DNA from: Mesotaenium endlicherianum
Lineage: Eukaryota
Length of the DNA: 57,684 nt
Assembly (NCBI GenBank): GCA_009602735.1
Contig: WELA01002751.1
Coordinates: 1-57,684 of the forward strand
Reading direction: 5' to 3'
Shown piece after piece: positions 23,959-36,139 of the stretch; the first letter of the stretch is position 1; each line of letters opens with the position of its first letter. The notes below the pieces were generated by a model that saw only the letters and a program-made list of their open reading frames with translations, made no database searches and was not told where the DNA came from. The position numbers and the translations under genes are program-made.

Positions 23959-26957
23959 CTGGCAGAACAGGCAGCAGAATTATATACATGCAGGCATACT
24001 AGAGTGGGTACTCGGAGCATGCTGGACCCTGCAAAGCGCCAGACGAGCAACAGCTCAAACTAGAAAAGGAACAAAACACACACACACAGCATGAAGTCAA
24101 CGGGCCCTCGACAGAGACATTCTACATGCTGAGCATTGCAGCCCCGTTATGTATCCAGCAGGCAGCAGGCTCACCTCGGGGGAGACACAGAGGCTTCACG
24201 GCCGACACATGCGCAGCCGCCACCTAACCTTCTGGAGCATGCACCCCCCATCCGTTCTTCCTACACCAAACTGCCTGCTTGACTGTTGTGGCCTCCCCTC
24301 AGGGATTCCTTTCAAACGTGCTTCTGCTACTTGCTTGGCGTCTTCTTCTGTTCGTGCCACGTCTAGCTCTCTTGCTCCTCTTCCTGTCCAGATGCCAGCC
24401 TCAGCCTGCATGCTTAGCTCCAGGGCTACGCAGCCGAGAAGTGCTGCTCTAGCATCGCCATCATCACCACCATCGTACTTCTGGCCACCCAGCTTGCAGG
24501 GCGCATCCCCAGCCCATACACAACATGGTGGAAGGCAGGCACCCTTCTAGTAGCACAAGCCAGACTCACCCAGTCGCCCGCGGAGTATCTTCAGCGTTCC
24601 TGTCAAGGACAAGAAACCAACAACATTCCCTTAGTGGGACCTTTTGTGGGCCAGATAAACTGTGAGTTCCACGGAGATGTAGCTGGAACAAGAACTTCTG
24701 AGTATGAGCTGATTCAATGAGGGAAGGCTATGACACATTCTGTAAGATCCTGGATGCAGAACTACGGGGCTACTATGGTCTACTCAGAAAGCATTGTGCA
24801 ATTACGTTGCACTCATGATAGGCGCTGTCAACTTGGACTAATCTCCCAATCCTGCTACTTTACATGATTGAGTCCTGCTACCCGAAACGTCCAAGTTCCC
24901 TACCTAGAAGATAGTAATCACCGGCAAACTACCTAAGCTACCTAATTTTCCAAGGACGTGTTTATACAGGCTGGGACCAGGCCTGGTCAATGAGTGACAT
25001 TTTTTGCTGCAGGAACAAAGTTGCATCACAATAGTAAATATTCCTCAGAGGAATAGTCCTGCATAAATTGCAATACCTGGCATTCATACCTGCTTTACAC
25101 ACCAAGTGCAACTACTGGGAAAACAAGATTGTAACAGATACAACCATCTTCTGCACCCAGAGCACACATACAAACCTCTCACACTTCTTTGGCGACGTAA
25201 TGATATTGATTAATTTACATGAATTTGGGCATTTGTTTCAAGCAAGTGCATCGGGCGCTAGTTGCGAGCAACCAATATGCAACTGAACTCCGCATTCCCA
25301 CATTCATGCAAAATCTCATGCTACATACACGTGTGAAGACGTGCTTGGTACAGCACTTATCACGAAACTGCATGACCACGAGAAGAGCACCACTACCGAT
25401 CGGCACATTGCACACCGCCGAGAGATCTTCACTCAAATCCACGAATTTAAGCTGAGGAAAGTGCATTACAGTCCTGCTTGCACATTCCTTGTACATATTG
25501 GCCACACAATGCAGTGACTAACTTTGACCCACAGATGGCGTGAATGACAAGAGCATCATCAATACTCAGGAAAATAACGGGCAAAGCTCAAGGGCACGCG
25601 GTACCCTTGAGCACACTGATTAAGTATGTCAACATCGTCATTCAAATGCACAGGCCTAAAGAGGACTTTAAATAGCCCCGCACCCAGGAATTCACACAAC
25701 CACCCCTGCCCGGTACTTACACAGATAAGGTCCACATTCCGTGAACAAGGACGGACATGGGACACAGAAAATAACTTCGCCATGCCATGAAGTACTTAAT
25801 CCCGTTACAAAAAAAGGCAAGATTGGGTCTGCTCCAGGACCGCACTGCTGCACATGCATACATGTAGCGGGCCACAAGAACAGTCGCTCCCACCTTTTGT
25901 GTATACTGCGGAGAAGTTTGCACATGAGGTTTGAGGGTTACCTGCTCTGGATGTCCGCCCCTTTGCGCCTGAATACTGCATGGCTCCTTCAGCTACTCAG
26001 TTTGTTTCTTGGCATCAGGCACGACATTTCAGCACTTCTAATATGACGCTTGCCAGTTGGTATGCGTAAGGTGGAATGTCCTCAATTGCCTGCACCTGGA
26101 AATATTTGTGGGACTAAAAAGGTGTGGTCCCATGCAGGCTCCAGCAAGTCCCAGCAGGTCCTGGTCCCTAACAGTGCCTCACAGTGCCTCACAGCACCAA
26201 ACAACGCCCGGCGGCATCCAATAGGAATGCAGTCAACAATGTTGTCCAGCTTCGCTTGGCTGGCACAAGCGTGTAAGAACTCGATAAGATATTACTTTAA
26301 GCCACTCGTCACAATCTTACGTGCGCCGAGGTCGCGCTCAATCCCGCCAGGTTCTTTACGAGCAATTTCTTTATAAATCAAGGAACAAATCATGTTTTTA
26401 ACTCTAAAAGTGTTCCATGTCGCGACATTTACCAGTTTGACGGCGCCGCACCCGTGACGCAGGTCACGGCCGCCCAGTACGAAGAGTCAACGCTGACTCA
26501 CCGACCAATTGACCCACCTCTGCGTGGTCAGCATTGAAAGTCAACGTCCAAGTCACAAAAAAGCGGGACTGTGTAAGGGTCAAAATTGACACTCAGTGAT
26601 GGGTGGGGTTTGACAGCCAAGTCAGCTGAGAAGTTAACTAGGCCAGGACCAATAATGGTCCGCACCAGCAGCTGCCAAGACACGCATCGCTGACTGAGCA
26701 GCCACCCTTGCAAATGACAAGTCAGGAGAGGCTGGCTGGAAGGGCCATCTCAGCCATGGACCAGTGGTAAGACTGCCACGTCTTAAGCAGCCACCTCAGG
26801 CGACATAGGCGCTAAGGCCACATAGGCGTGCACGCTGATCGAAAGGTTAAGCAGTCACGCGCGACAGTCACGAGGCATGCATGCATGCTGTCACGTCAAA
26901 TAACTTAAGCTGTCACGAGGAACTAGTGCAAGAACAACATGCATGCTAAGCGCCATG

Positions 26958-27421
26958 TGTAAAGATCCGCCGAGTGGTCGGATGCGGCGCGTGCGACACG
27001 TCGCCAAAAGGCAACGGAAGTATTGGTTTGAATTGTATAAGTACAATAGGCGCGCAATCAAAGTATCTCAAGTTACCTTCTCCTCCGTATCACTACATTG
27101 GTATCGGAGCGCAAACGTACGCAACCGTGTCCAGGAGACAAGGAGAATGCAAAACTCGTCGATGGTACGGCCGTACGGCGATCTTTGGTATGTACAAAGA
27201 AAGGACACTATCCGGAAACAACGTCCCTCGCACCGCTGCGGCCTAAGTGCCCGGGACGTGCACACTTGTAGGTGGGAGGAGTGTAGCGATCCGCCGCGTG
27301 GCCAGATGTGGCGCGTGCGACACGTCGTCGGAAGGCGACCGAAGTGCCTATTTAAATTGTATAAGTACAATTGGCACGCAATCATAATTTCTCGAGTTAC
27401 CTTTTTGTTCGTTTCGCTACC
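26958..27421 (+). mobile_element. TRIM (miniature LTR retrotransposon), copy 1, 464 bp
   Basis: 140-bp LTRs 26958-27097 and 27282-27421; PBS TGGTATCGGAGC 27099-27110; PPT AGGTGGGAGGAG ending 27281; TSD CCATG/CTATG; no coding capacity. Confidence 0.92.
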
Positions 27422-27599
27422 CTATGACTAAGCATTGAAATCCTCAAAAGAGGATCGCATGCGTGGTGCTTGGGTAAGGCACGAGCCTGGCACGAGCTTG
27501 CCTCATTCTTGCCTCGCACATTTTGCCAAGAAGCAGATGGGAGCGCAGGAACGAAAGGAGAAGAGAAAGAAGGGCGCTAAGAAGAAGGAGTTCCCAAGG

Positions 27600-27804
27600 C
27601 CACAGGAGAGCAAGGAAGCCACGCTTCTGTCGACGCATAGGAGATGCTCTCTCATTGAATCATAGAAAGTTAGAAATCAAGAGTTCCCAAGGAGGGATCG
27701 CGCTTGGAAAAAGGTTGAGAATTTGCAGAATGGAATCTATTAGGACTTCTAGTGCAAATCTGGATCAAACACCACAAACGTGCAAAGAGCACATAAAATG
27801 GTGA
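27600..27804 (+). pseudogene. Possible decayed Myb/SANT-like (trihelix) fragment, perhaps Harbinger-derived
   Basis: DRAWKKVENL and, in another frame, QTPQTCKEHIKW followed by GTGAGT; weak motif resemblance only. Confidence 0.25.
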
Positions 27805-28261
27805 GTGCTTTGTAAGTTTCCAAGTTCTCATATGTTTCAATTGTCAAATTGCTAACAGCAAGAGCAGGAGTAACCAGTTAAGTCCTCAGCGAAGAGCTGA
27901 GTGAGTCCAGTCAGCAGTGGAAACTGCTAGGCACGGTTCTGAGTGAAGAGCTCAAAACAGGCCAGCATAGATGCTGTACTTTTAGAGCCTTGTAAGTTGT
28001 GACTTTGTGAAAGTTAAGCGAAAGCCCTAGTGGGCGATTTTCTTTGAAAATTGTTGTTATGTGTTGATCTGCTTAGACGTGATTTCTACAAACTAGAATT
28101 TGTTCATTTGTGCAACCCTTGACTTGGACGATAAACTATTTGGAAGTAAGACACTTTTGTCCTACTTATGAGAAGTTCAGTTGATTGGTTCAAGTGAACA
28201 AAAAAATCCAAGCAAATGGGGGATTGAGGCCTATGAGGGCCCCCGGTGCTTAACCTGGAAG

Positions 28262-28815
28262 CCTAGTTATGGAATACGAATACGTTGCATTCGCATTTTG
28301 AATACGCACAGGCGTTATGCGTGAGAAATCGGCGTAAAACGACCCAAATACGTGTGTCGTTTAATAAATTGACTAATAAAACGGACGCGTGTGTGAGGGC
28401 CAACTTATTTTTTCAATCTGACACGCTGCCCTCGAATTAACCGTGCGAAGTCAAGTCAGCGACCTGGTGGCACGACGTTAACAGATATCGCCAATCTCAA
28501 ACAACATTACCCGCGTCAATGGGTCCCTGCAGCTCGACAGTTGGTTTGTGGAGATATTTGAAACTCACAAAGGGTGTACACACCCGCTAACATGGCCGCG
28601 GGGAACGTGGTTGCGATTCGGTCTTACGCTTACGTGTACACGAACCAAAATTCTAATTGAGTCTAAGTAAAGAAAAACCAAAATCGACAGGTTAATAGAC
28701 TGGGATCGACCATCTAGTCGAATTAAACTTTGTATACACGTATTTAGCAAGTACGATGCATTTTATCGTATAATCCGCACCCGACCAACCTATACGCACG
28801 CATTCCATAACTAGG
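28262..28815. mobile_element. MITE / non-autonomous DNA transposon, 554 bp, 8-bp TSD (hAT-like)
   Basis: TIR CCTAGTTATGGAAT(A/G)CG at both ends; flanks CCTGGAAG (28254-28261) and CCTCGAAG (28816-28823). Confidence 0.8.
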
Positions 28816-28854
28816 CCTCGAAGGGGACCCAGTGAAATTCAACTGTACATATGG

Positions 28855-29526
28855 TTGAGGAGTGGTAGAAGCTACCAGCTTGTGGAGCTTGTGGAAGGCT
28901 CTAATTCAAGCCAGAGTCCACCAAGAAGTGAGACCCTGAGCTACCAGACAACCCGTGGAGAGAGCAAACATCGCGAGACGAGTCTCGCAAGATCTCCGCA
29001 AACAGTGAGAATCCATATAGCGAGTGTTTCTTTGCACCTGATTTGGGATGAGAAACCTAAGTTCAAGTTGTCTACACAATGCTTTAATGGAGGAACCGGT
29101 GATACTAGTCTCTTTTTTGAAGAAATCGATGAGATCTATTGGACAGACTTCTTCGAGAAGATCCGAAAGAATGCCTCCTATACACAATTTGTTGCATGTA
29201 TAAGTCTGGTTCAGTACTTGGACAAGAATGCCTTGCTACTCCTTTGCGAATTCCATAACGATGAGAATCTTACTCAAAAATGGACATTTACAGAGCAAAA
29301 GAAGGCAAGAGATTTGAAAATCCAGAAAGAGGTTGCTAAAGCCCGGATGACCGCTTTGTCTTCAAGAGGAGCAGTATCTGCTGCACTTGCTGTTGCACCT
29401 GTTGAGAGTGTGGAGTTAACTGCATATACACAAGAAATCATAGAGGCCTTACAGCAACTCACAGATTGCCAGCAAAGGGCCGCTAGTGGAAATGATGATG
29501 CTGGATTTATTAGAAAATTACAATAA
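28855..29526 (+). pseudogene. Gag-like ORF remnant of an unclassified retroelement, cut by element C
   Basis: 223-codon open frame with an LRSGRSYQ start motif and KPKFKL...FNGGTGD; no LTR or PBS recognised upstream. Confidence 0.35.
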
Positions 29527-29535
29527 GTGTGTACG

Positions 29536-30038
29536 TGTAGTAATTTGAAATATTATGTATTAGTATGCATATATTTTAATGTTTTCAAATATATTTGGAG
29601 TGGTATTGTGTGGAGTCAAGTGTGAATAGGTACTCTAGTAACTTGGTTCATGTCCTTTGTACCTTCCAAGGCATTTTCGAAGTTAGAGGAAAGACCTAGA
29701 AGAACTCCATGTGGCAAAAGTCAGATGTGCCATTTTTAGGTCAAAAGGACATGTGTACATTATTCTAGAAAGAGGTGGCAAGTTTTGGGATGTGTTGGGT
29801 GCCAACACATCAACATACACCTTCCTAGAAATTACTTATGTAGCAAGTATATAAACAAGAGCTAGAACATAGAAAGACATTCCAGAATCACTCTTGTACT
29901 TGCCAAAATCCAGAAATATATTAACTTTCAAGAAGCCATCTCTCTTTCAAGAAGCTACCACTTGTGTTCAAAGATCCTTGTCTTGAATAGATAAAGTATT
30001 CTGTTTTACTAAGTACTTTATCTATTTGTTTCACTACA
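29536..30038 (+). repeat. 5' LTR of C1
   Basis: Direct repeat of 35637-36139, about 11 differences by eye. Confidence 0.95.
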
Positions 30039-30075
30039 GTGATATCGGAGCTAGGCACTTTGGTAGCACAAGAAG

Positions 30076-31281
30076 ATGGCCGATCCTCAAGACCAACAGC
30101 AAGCTTTGGAAGGAAGCCCTTCCTCTCCAAGACACCCTCCTCCAGCGCCGATGGGAGAGCCCACTCAAGAAAATCTGCAACAACAAGAAGCACCACAAGG
30201 AGGAGCACCGTCAAATCCCGTGGCAGCCGCTATAGCAAAGTTGACCCCACCACAAGGAGTTCCCGCAAATGAGTGGGCAGCCTTCCTAATGACCGTCCAC
30301 AACCAAGTGGGCTTGGCCACCTATGAAGCAACCGTGCAAGCGTCAAGAGAAGCTATGGCTGCCATGGTTGCCCCTATTGCGAGCAATGCTCAAAATCCAG
30401 CCCCGGCTCAAGCGCCTCCACAAGAGCCAACGAGAGCAAGGAAACTCATCAAGCCCGGCAAACCCGACACTTTCAACCCCGGGAAAGGTGCCAACCTGAA
30501 TTTATGGCTCTACCAAGTGGAGACGTACCTCGCGTTCCTTGAAGTACCCGAGGAGGACTACGTTCCCTTTGCCGTTACCTTACTTAGAGGAGCAGCAACA
30601 TCATGGTGGCGTAACTATCAAGCGGCTATATATCAAGCTATGGCGCACCCCATGCTCGGCCAAGAGCCCCCACCATCATATGCAAGATGGGCAGATTTTC
30701 GTGAGGCCCTCAAGAAGCAATTCATGCCCATCAATGCGGAGAAGATTGCCCGAGGAAAGCTCCACCATCTCAAGCAAACGACGTCCGTTCAAGAGTATAC
30801 ATCCAGATTTCACGCCCTCACTCTTGAGATCCCCAACATGTCTCTCGAGGAGAAGATTGACCGTTACATCTTTGGCCTCAAACCCAAGGTGGCAAAGGAA
30901 GTGGAGTTACGCGACTTGACGGACTTCTCAAAGATCATTGAAGTGGCCCAAAAGGTGGATACCTTGGATTTCAAGCACTCCGTGCCTTCATCTTCACGGG
31001 TACCGACGACGCGGGTGTACGCAGCCCCTTCCACATCCGAATCTGGACCCACACCCATGGAAATCGGAGTTATTAAAAGGGACCCCGCGGCTGCCCGGAA
31101 GAGTGGAAGACCCTCCAATGACACTTATGATGCAAGAAACCAGCAAGGAGTGAAAGCAAGACTCTCCCCGGCTGAAAAAGAAGCTCTCATGACGGCTGGA
31201 CTATGCTTCTATTGCAAGGAAAAGGGCCATCGTGCACTTTCATGCCCCAAAAAGTTGTCAAAAAACGGACAGCGCCGGTAG
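30076..31281 (+). CDS. gag: Gag of C1 (401 aa)
   Basis: [51 protein letters not shown]. Confidence 0.95.
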   Translation: MADPQDQQQALEGSPSSPRHPPPAPMGEPTQENLQQQEAPQGGAPSNPVAAAIAKLTPPQGVPANEWAAFLMTVHNQVGLATYEATVQASREAMAAMVAPIASNAQNPAPAQAPPQEPTRARKLIKPGKPDTFNPGKGANLNLWLYQVETYLAFLEVPEEDYVPFAVTLLRGAATSWWRNYQAAIYQAMAHPMLGQEPPPSYARWADFREALKKQFMPINAEKIARGKLHHLKQTTSVQEYTSRFHALTLEIPNMSLEEKIDRYIFGLKPKVAKEVELRDLTDFSKIIEVAQKVDTLDFKHSVPSSSRVPTTRVYAAPSTSESGPTPMEIGVIKRDPAAARKSGRPSNDTYDARNQQGVKARLSPAEKEALMTAGLCFYCKEKGHRALSCPKKLSKNGQRR

Positions 31282-34200
31282 GCCAGGAGCCTACCACCCC
31301 AAGACCCACTTCACGAGAAGGCAACACGCCAAGTGAGGTGGAGACCCCCGTTGAAGACGACGTTCCAGCCCCAATGAGTTTGAGAGGTTACCTTGGAGGA
31401 GAGAAGGTCCACATCTTGGTGGATAGCGGAGCTCAAGGCAACTTCATTGCTGCAGATTTTGCCACCAAGCACGGTATTACTATGCGAACTCTTGACCACG
31501 ACGAGGAGATTATGATGCCCGATGGATTCTCCTATACTACCCCTTCCAAGAAGACGTACCCCTTGGCACTCTCTATCAAGTCCTTCAAGGATAGAGTAGT
31601 GTTCTCCCCCATGCAATTGGGCAAGTACGACGTCATCCTAGGGACGCCTTGGTTGACCAAGCACAACCCCCAAGTTGATTGGAGGACCGGTACTATCAAG
31701 ATCAAGAATGACATCACTTCAAGAATCTGTATTTTGCGCGCAATCCAGAATATCCAGACCCAAGACATCCAGAAGCCGGCACACGAGATACTATTGTCCG
31801 CCCTCCAACTCAAGAGACTTGTGAGGAAGGGACACGAGCTTCTTTTGGCCTTGATCACGCCAAAAGACATCAAGAAAGACATCGAGAGTCAAGAAGGCAG
31901 CCCCGTTCCCAAGGAGATACAAGAAGTCTTTGAGGACTACAAAGAAGTGTTCTCCCCGGAATTGCCCAAGGGCCTACCCCCCAAAAGATTCGTAGACCAC
32001 AAGATAGAGTTGGAGCCCGGAAGCAAGCCCATCTCTCGGCCTACGTTCAAAATGTCATACACGGAGCTAGACGAAGTCAAGAAGCAAATCAAGGAGCTAC
32101 TGGAGCATGGCTTCATTCGACCTAGCAAGTCGCCATTTGGAGCCCCGGTGCTATTTGTCAAGAAGAAAGATGGTACCTTGAGGATGTGTGTGGACTATCG
32201 CGCCCTCAACAAGATCACCATCAAGAATCGATACCCGCTGCCGCGCATGGATGAGCTCATGGACCGGCTGGTTGGAGCCAAGTACTTCACGAAGATTGAC
32301 TTACGGAGCGGCTACCACCAGATTCGCATCGCAGAACCGGACATAGAGAAGACGGCATTCAGGACAAGATATGGACATTTTGAGTTCATGGTCCTGCCAT
32401 TTGGACTCACCAACGCGCCAGCAACTTTCATGACTATGATGAACACCATATTTCAGCCCATGTTGGACAGATTTGTGGTGGTATTCATCGATGACATCCT
32501 TATCTACAGCAAGACCCTTGAAGAGCATGCGAGACACTTGAAAGAAGTCCTTGAAGTATTGAAGCAAAACAAGCTGTTTGCGAAGGAGTCAAAATGCGAG
32601 TTTGCCAAACAAGAAGTGGAGTTCCTAGGTCTCCACGTGACTGCTGATGGCATCAAGATAGACCCCAAGAAGACCACGGTGGTGGAGGAATGGCCAACCC
32701 CCACGACCAAGAAAGAACTCCAGTCATTCTTGGGATTTGCCAATTGGTACAGAAAATTCATCCAAGGCTTCTCGCACATAGCAGCCCCCCTGACAGATCT
32801 ACTCAAGAAGGACAGGCTATATACATGGACCGAGAAAGAGGAAGAGGCATTTCAAGAGTTAAAGCGAAGATTGACCACATCCCCGGTGCTCACACTCCCA
32901 AGTCCAAACCCAGATTGGCCCTTCCACGTCATCACCGATGCATCTTCCTATGCAATAGGAGCAATCCTGCTTCAAGACCAAGGCAAGGGACTGCAGCCCA
33001 TCGCCTACGAGTCAAGGAAGCTAAATCCAGCCGAGCAAAATTATACAACCACGGAGCGAGAGGCATTGGCGATTGTACATGCCTTGAAGGTTTGGCGCTG
33101 CTACGTTGAAGGACGCAAAGTACTGGTCACCACGGACCACGAGGCGTTAAAGCACCTCCAAACGCAGCCGTATCTCTCAAGGAGACAAGCAAGATGGAGC
33201 GGATACTTGCAACAATACAACATCACGATTCAGTACCAGCCCGGCAAGACAAACCCGGCTGACCCCCTCTCAAGACTGCAATTAAATGCAGTGATGGTAT
33301 CCCTGAAGACAGATCTGGAAGCTCGATTTTCAGCCGCCTATGAAAGAGACCCTTACTACAAGAACGGAGAAGCAGCCTTGGACCCATGCAAGAAGCAAGA
33401 AGGCAATTATTGGGTGAGGCAAGATACGGGCCAGAGATGTGTTCCTAATGACTTAGACCTCCGGCTCTTGCTTCTACGAGAAGCACACGACAACCCTCTT
33501 GGAGGACACTTTGGAATCCTAAGGACCACGGGCGTTCTAGCTAGGACTTATTGTTGGCCAGGCATGTCTAAGCAAGTCAAGGAGTACTGCAGGAGCTGTG
33601 ACACATGCCAAAGAATCAAGCCATCATCGCAAAAGGCGGGAGGACTCCTCCAACCACTACCAATCCCCGAAAGACAATGGACGGACATCTCAATGGACCT
33701 TATCGTGGACTTGCCCGTGACACCTCGAGGCCATAATGCAATACTCACGGTGGTGGACAGACTTACCAAGATGGCTCATTTTATTCCCACGACGACTAAG
33801 GCTACAGCACCACAACTTGCAAGACTCATCTTTGACAACATCTTCCGACTCCATGGACTACCATCAAGAATTGTGTCAGATAGAGATCCAAGATTCACAA
33901 GCCATTTCTGGAAAAATCTCTTCAAGAACTTGGGTACATCGCTGGATATGTCTACTGCCTACCACCCACAATCAGATGGGCAAACCGAGCGTATGAATCG
34001 TACCCTAAAGACCTCTCTAAAGGCCTACGTGTCTACCCTCGAGCAAGACTGGGACATGTACTTGACCCCCCTCGAGTTTGCCTACAACAACACTACGCAG
34101 GCCTCTACCCAAGAGTCCCCATTCTTCCTCAACTATGGCTTCCATCCGACCACGCCACTGAGCTTCACGGCTGGCCATGATGAAGTACCTGCAGCCACAG

Positions 34201-34868
34201 ATTTTATGGAGACATTAGAAGCAGCCCTTACAGCAGCGAAGAAAGCTCTACAACACGCGCAAGATGCTCAAGCAAGAGTGGCGAACAGATCCAGAAGAGA
34301 AATTACGTACAGAGTGGGTGACAACGTGTTACTATCATCCAAGAACATTTCCCTGAACAACAGGCCTGCCGGCAGCAAGTTCTCTCCCAAGTATTTGGGA
34401 CCCTTCAAGATTATCCAGCAAGTCAACCCCGTTGCTTTCAAGCTAGAACTTCCCCAGACTATGCACATCGACCCCGTATTCCACGCTTCCCTCTTCAAGC
34501 CGTATGTGCAACCCGACAACAAGTTCCCAGGACGTGTGACAACCCCACCAGCCCCAACAATAGTGGATGATCATTTGGAGTATGAACTGGAAGACATAGT
34601 GGCTATGAGAAATTTCAGGAGACAGCAGCAATACTTGATCAAGTGGAAAGGATATCCAGATTCGGAGAATAGTTGGGTGGCGGCGCACTACCTTGACAAA
34701 GTTCAAAGAAAGTTGAAGCGCTTCCATGCCGCCAACCCCCATCTTGGACCAGCCCCAAGTCTCTCTACTAGAAGCCCGAAGACTTCAGGGAGGCAGCCTG
34801 CCACCATCAAGAAGCAGCAGAAGACCCCTTGGAGGCAGCCTGCAAGAACCACAAAGAGGAAAAAATGA
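31260..34868 (+). CDS. pol: Pol of C1 (PR-RT-RH-INT-chromodomain), -1 frame relative to gag
   Basis: Uninterrupted ORF (track 31203-34868): [43 protein letters not shown]...[15 protein letters not shown]. Confidence 0.95.
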   Translation, partial: KKRTAPVGQEPTTPRPTSREGNTPSEVETPVEDDVPAPMSLRGYLGGEKVHILVDSGAQGNFIAADFATKHGITMRTLDHDEEIMMPDGFSYTTPSKKTYPLALSIKSFKDRVVFSPMQLGKYDVILGTPWLTKHNPQVDWRTGTIKIKNDITSRICILRAIQNIQTQDIQKPAHEILLSALQLKRLVRKGHELLLALITPKDIKKDIESQEGSPVPKEIQEVFEDYKEVFSPELPKGLPPKRFVDHKIELEPGSKPISRPTFKMSYTELDEVKKQIKELLEHGFIRPSKSPFGAPVLFVKKKDGTLRMCVDYRALNKITIKNRYPLPRMDELMDRLVGAKYFTKIDLRSGYHQIRIAEPDIEKTAFRTRYGHFEFMVLPFGLTNAPATFMTMMNTIFQPMLDRFVVVFIDDILIYSKTLEEHARHLKEVLEVLKQNKLFAKESKCEFAKQEVEFLGLHVTADGIKIDPKKTTVVEEWPTPTTKKELQSFLGFANWYRKFIQGFSHIAAPLTDLLKKDRLYTWTEKEEEAFQELKRRLTTSPVLTLPSPNPDWPFHVITDASSYAIGAILLQDQGKGLQPIAYESRKLNPAEQNYTTTEREALAIVHALKVWRCYVEGRKVLVTTDHEALKHLQTQPYLSRRQARWSGYLQQYNITIQYQPGKTNPADPLSRLQLNAVMVSLKTDLEARFSAAYERDPYYKNGEAALDPCKKQEGNYWVRQDTGQRCVPNDLDLRLLLLREAHDNPLGGHFGILRTTGVLARTYCWPGMSKQVKEYCRSCDTCQRIKPSSQKAGGLLQPLPIPERQWTDISMDLIVDLPVTPRGHNAILTVVDRLTKMAHFIPTTTKATAPQLARLIFDNIFRLHGLPSRIVSDRDPRFTSHFWKNLFKNLGTSLDMSTAYHPQSDGQTERMNRTLKTSLKAYVSTLEQDWDMYLTPLEFAYNNTTQASTQESPFFLNYGFHPTTPLSFTAGHDEVPAATDFMETLEAALTAAKKALQHAQDAQARVANRSRREITYRVGDNVLLSSKNISLNNRPAGSKFSPKYLGPFKIIQQVNPVAFKLELPQTMHIDPVFHASLFKPYVQPDNKFPGRVTTPPAPTIVDDHLEYELEDIVAMRNFRRQQQYLIKWKGYPDSENSWVAAHYLDKVQRKLKRFHAANPHLGPAPSLSTRSPKTSGRQPATIKKQQKTPWRQPARTTKRKK

Positions 34869-35493
34869 CATTAGACACTTTTCTCTTCTTGCAGTTTCTG
34901 GACAGAAAACTAAAACTGCTACTGGCGATAGGTCTCTTCATAATAAATTCTGAAAATTTACCTGGCTGTAGTCCATAAGTAGCCGGTCATTTAGAGTTCA
35001 ACTTTGCTCAATTTGGAGCACTGGTGAGAGAGATATGATGCTCTATGTAGAAGGGGGTCCGGCTGCTGGCATTATTAGGACAGAATATGCCTTCTGACAT
35101 TGTGCCTTCCCCTGAACTTGGAATACTCTGAAACTCAAGACTCTGGTAGAACATCTTACAGCGCCCAGTTTGAGACTTAGTTTGCAGAATTTGGGGAAGC
35201 ATAGAAGGACTTATAATTTTCAGAAGTTTCTGCACAGATTTGGAGGAGTGCCTACTCTCTCAGCTCTCAACGACACTCCAGAAATGAGAATGCTCTCAAA
35301 TTTGGTGACCCGGTAGAGTTCTCCGACGCAGTCCGTCTGGCACTCGATTTTCAGATTTGGAGCAGTTTTGTGGACGCTATGAATTTTTGAATTCGTGGCA
35401 GATTCTGGGCCAACTTGTACAATTGTCTTCTTCATCGAGGAGTAGGCTCGCCAATAAGGTCACACCACCTACGACCTTGCCTAATCTACCTTA

Positions 35494-35600
35494 CATGTGT
35501 AGCACCTGACTTGGCGCTTTTGACTAGTCCTCTTCCCATGTGTGGCATCTGACTTGAAACTGTTGACTAGTTTGCTCCACATGTGTAAGACCTGACTTGA
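35494..35600 (+). repeat. 43-bp tandem repeat (about 2.5 copies) just upstream of the C1 PPT
   Basis: CATGTGT...CTGACTTG starts at 35494, 35537 and 35580. Confidence 0.8.
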
Positions 35601-35636
35601 CGCGCCGAGACGTCGCTTTTTCTATCGGGGGGGTGA

Positions 35637-36139
35637 TGTAGTGATTTGAGTTATTATATATTAGTTCGCATATATTTTAATGTTTTCAAATATATTTGGA
35701 GTAGTATTGTGTGGAGTCAAGTGTGAATAGGTACTCTAGTAACTTGGTTCATGTCCTTTGAACCTTCCAAGGCATTTTCGAAGTTAGAGGAAAGACCTAG
35801 AAGAACTCCATGTGGCAAAAGTCAAATGTGCCATTTTTAGGTCAAAAGGACATGTGTACATTATTCTAGAAAGAGGTGGCAAGTTTTGGGATGTGTTGGG
35901 TGCCAACACATCAACATACACCTTCCTAGAAATTACTTATTTAGCAAGTATATAAACAAGAGCTAGAACATAGAAAGACATTCCAGAATCACTCTTGTAC
36001 TTGCCAAAATCCAGAAATATATTAACTTTCAAGAAGCCATCTCTCTTTCAAGAAGCTACCACTTGTGTTCAAAGATCCTTGTCTTGAATAGATAAAGTAT
36101 TCTGTTTTACTAAGTACTTTATCTATCTGTTTCACTACA
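35637..36139 (+). repeat. 3' LTR of C1
   Basis: Follows the PPT; direct repeat of 29536-30038. Confidence 0.95.

Larger units (their letters stand above)
29536..36139 (+). mobile_element. Ty3/gypsy chromovirus, family C, copy 1; coding-intact
   Basis: 503-bp LTRs 29536-30038 and 35637-36139 (TGTAGT...ACTACA); PBS TGATATCGGAGC 30040-30051; PPT GGGGGGGTGA 35627-35636; flanks GTACG and AGGAT do not form a TSD. Confidence 0.97.

Noticed and set aside
25200..26050. Minus-strand fragments with a vague Ulp1-protease resemblance (HLNDDV)
   Set aside because: Motif order is inconsistent and no catalytic triad is visible.
35008..35435. Antisense ORFs in the long 3' UTR of C1 as an extra gene
   Set aside because: Two short out-of-frame ORFs with no motif; they look like ordinary UTR sequence.
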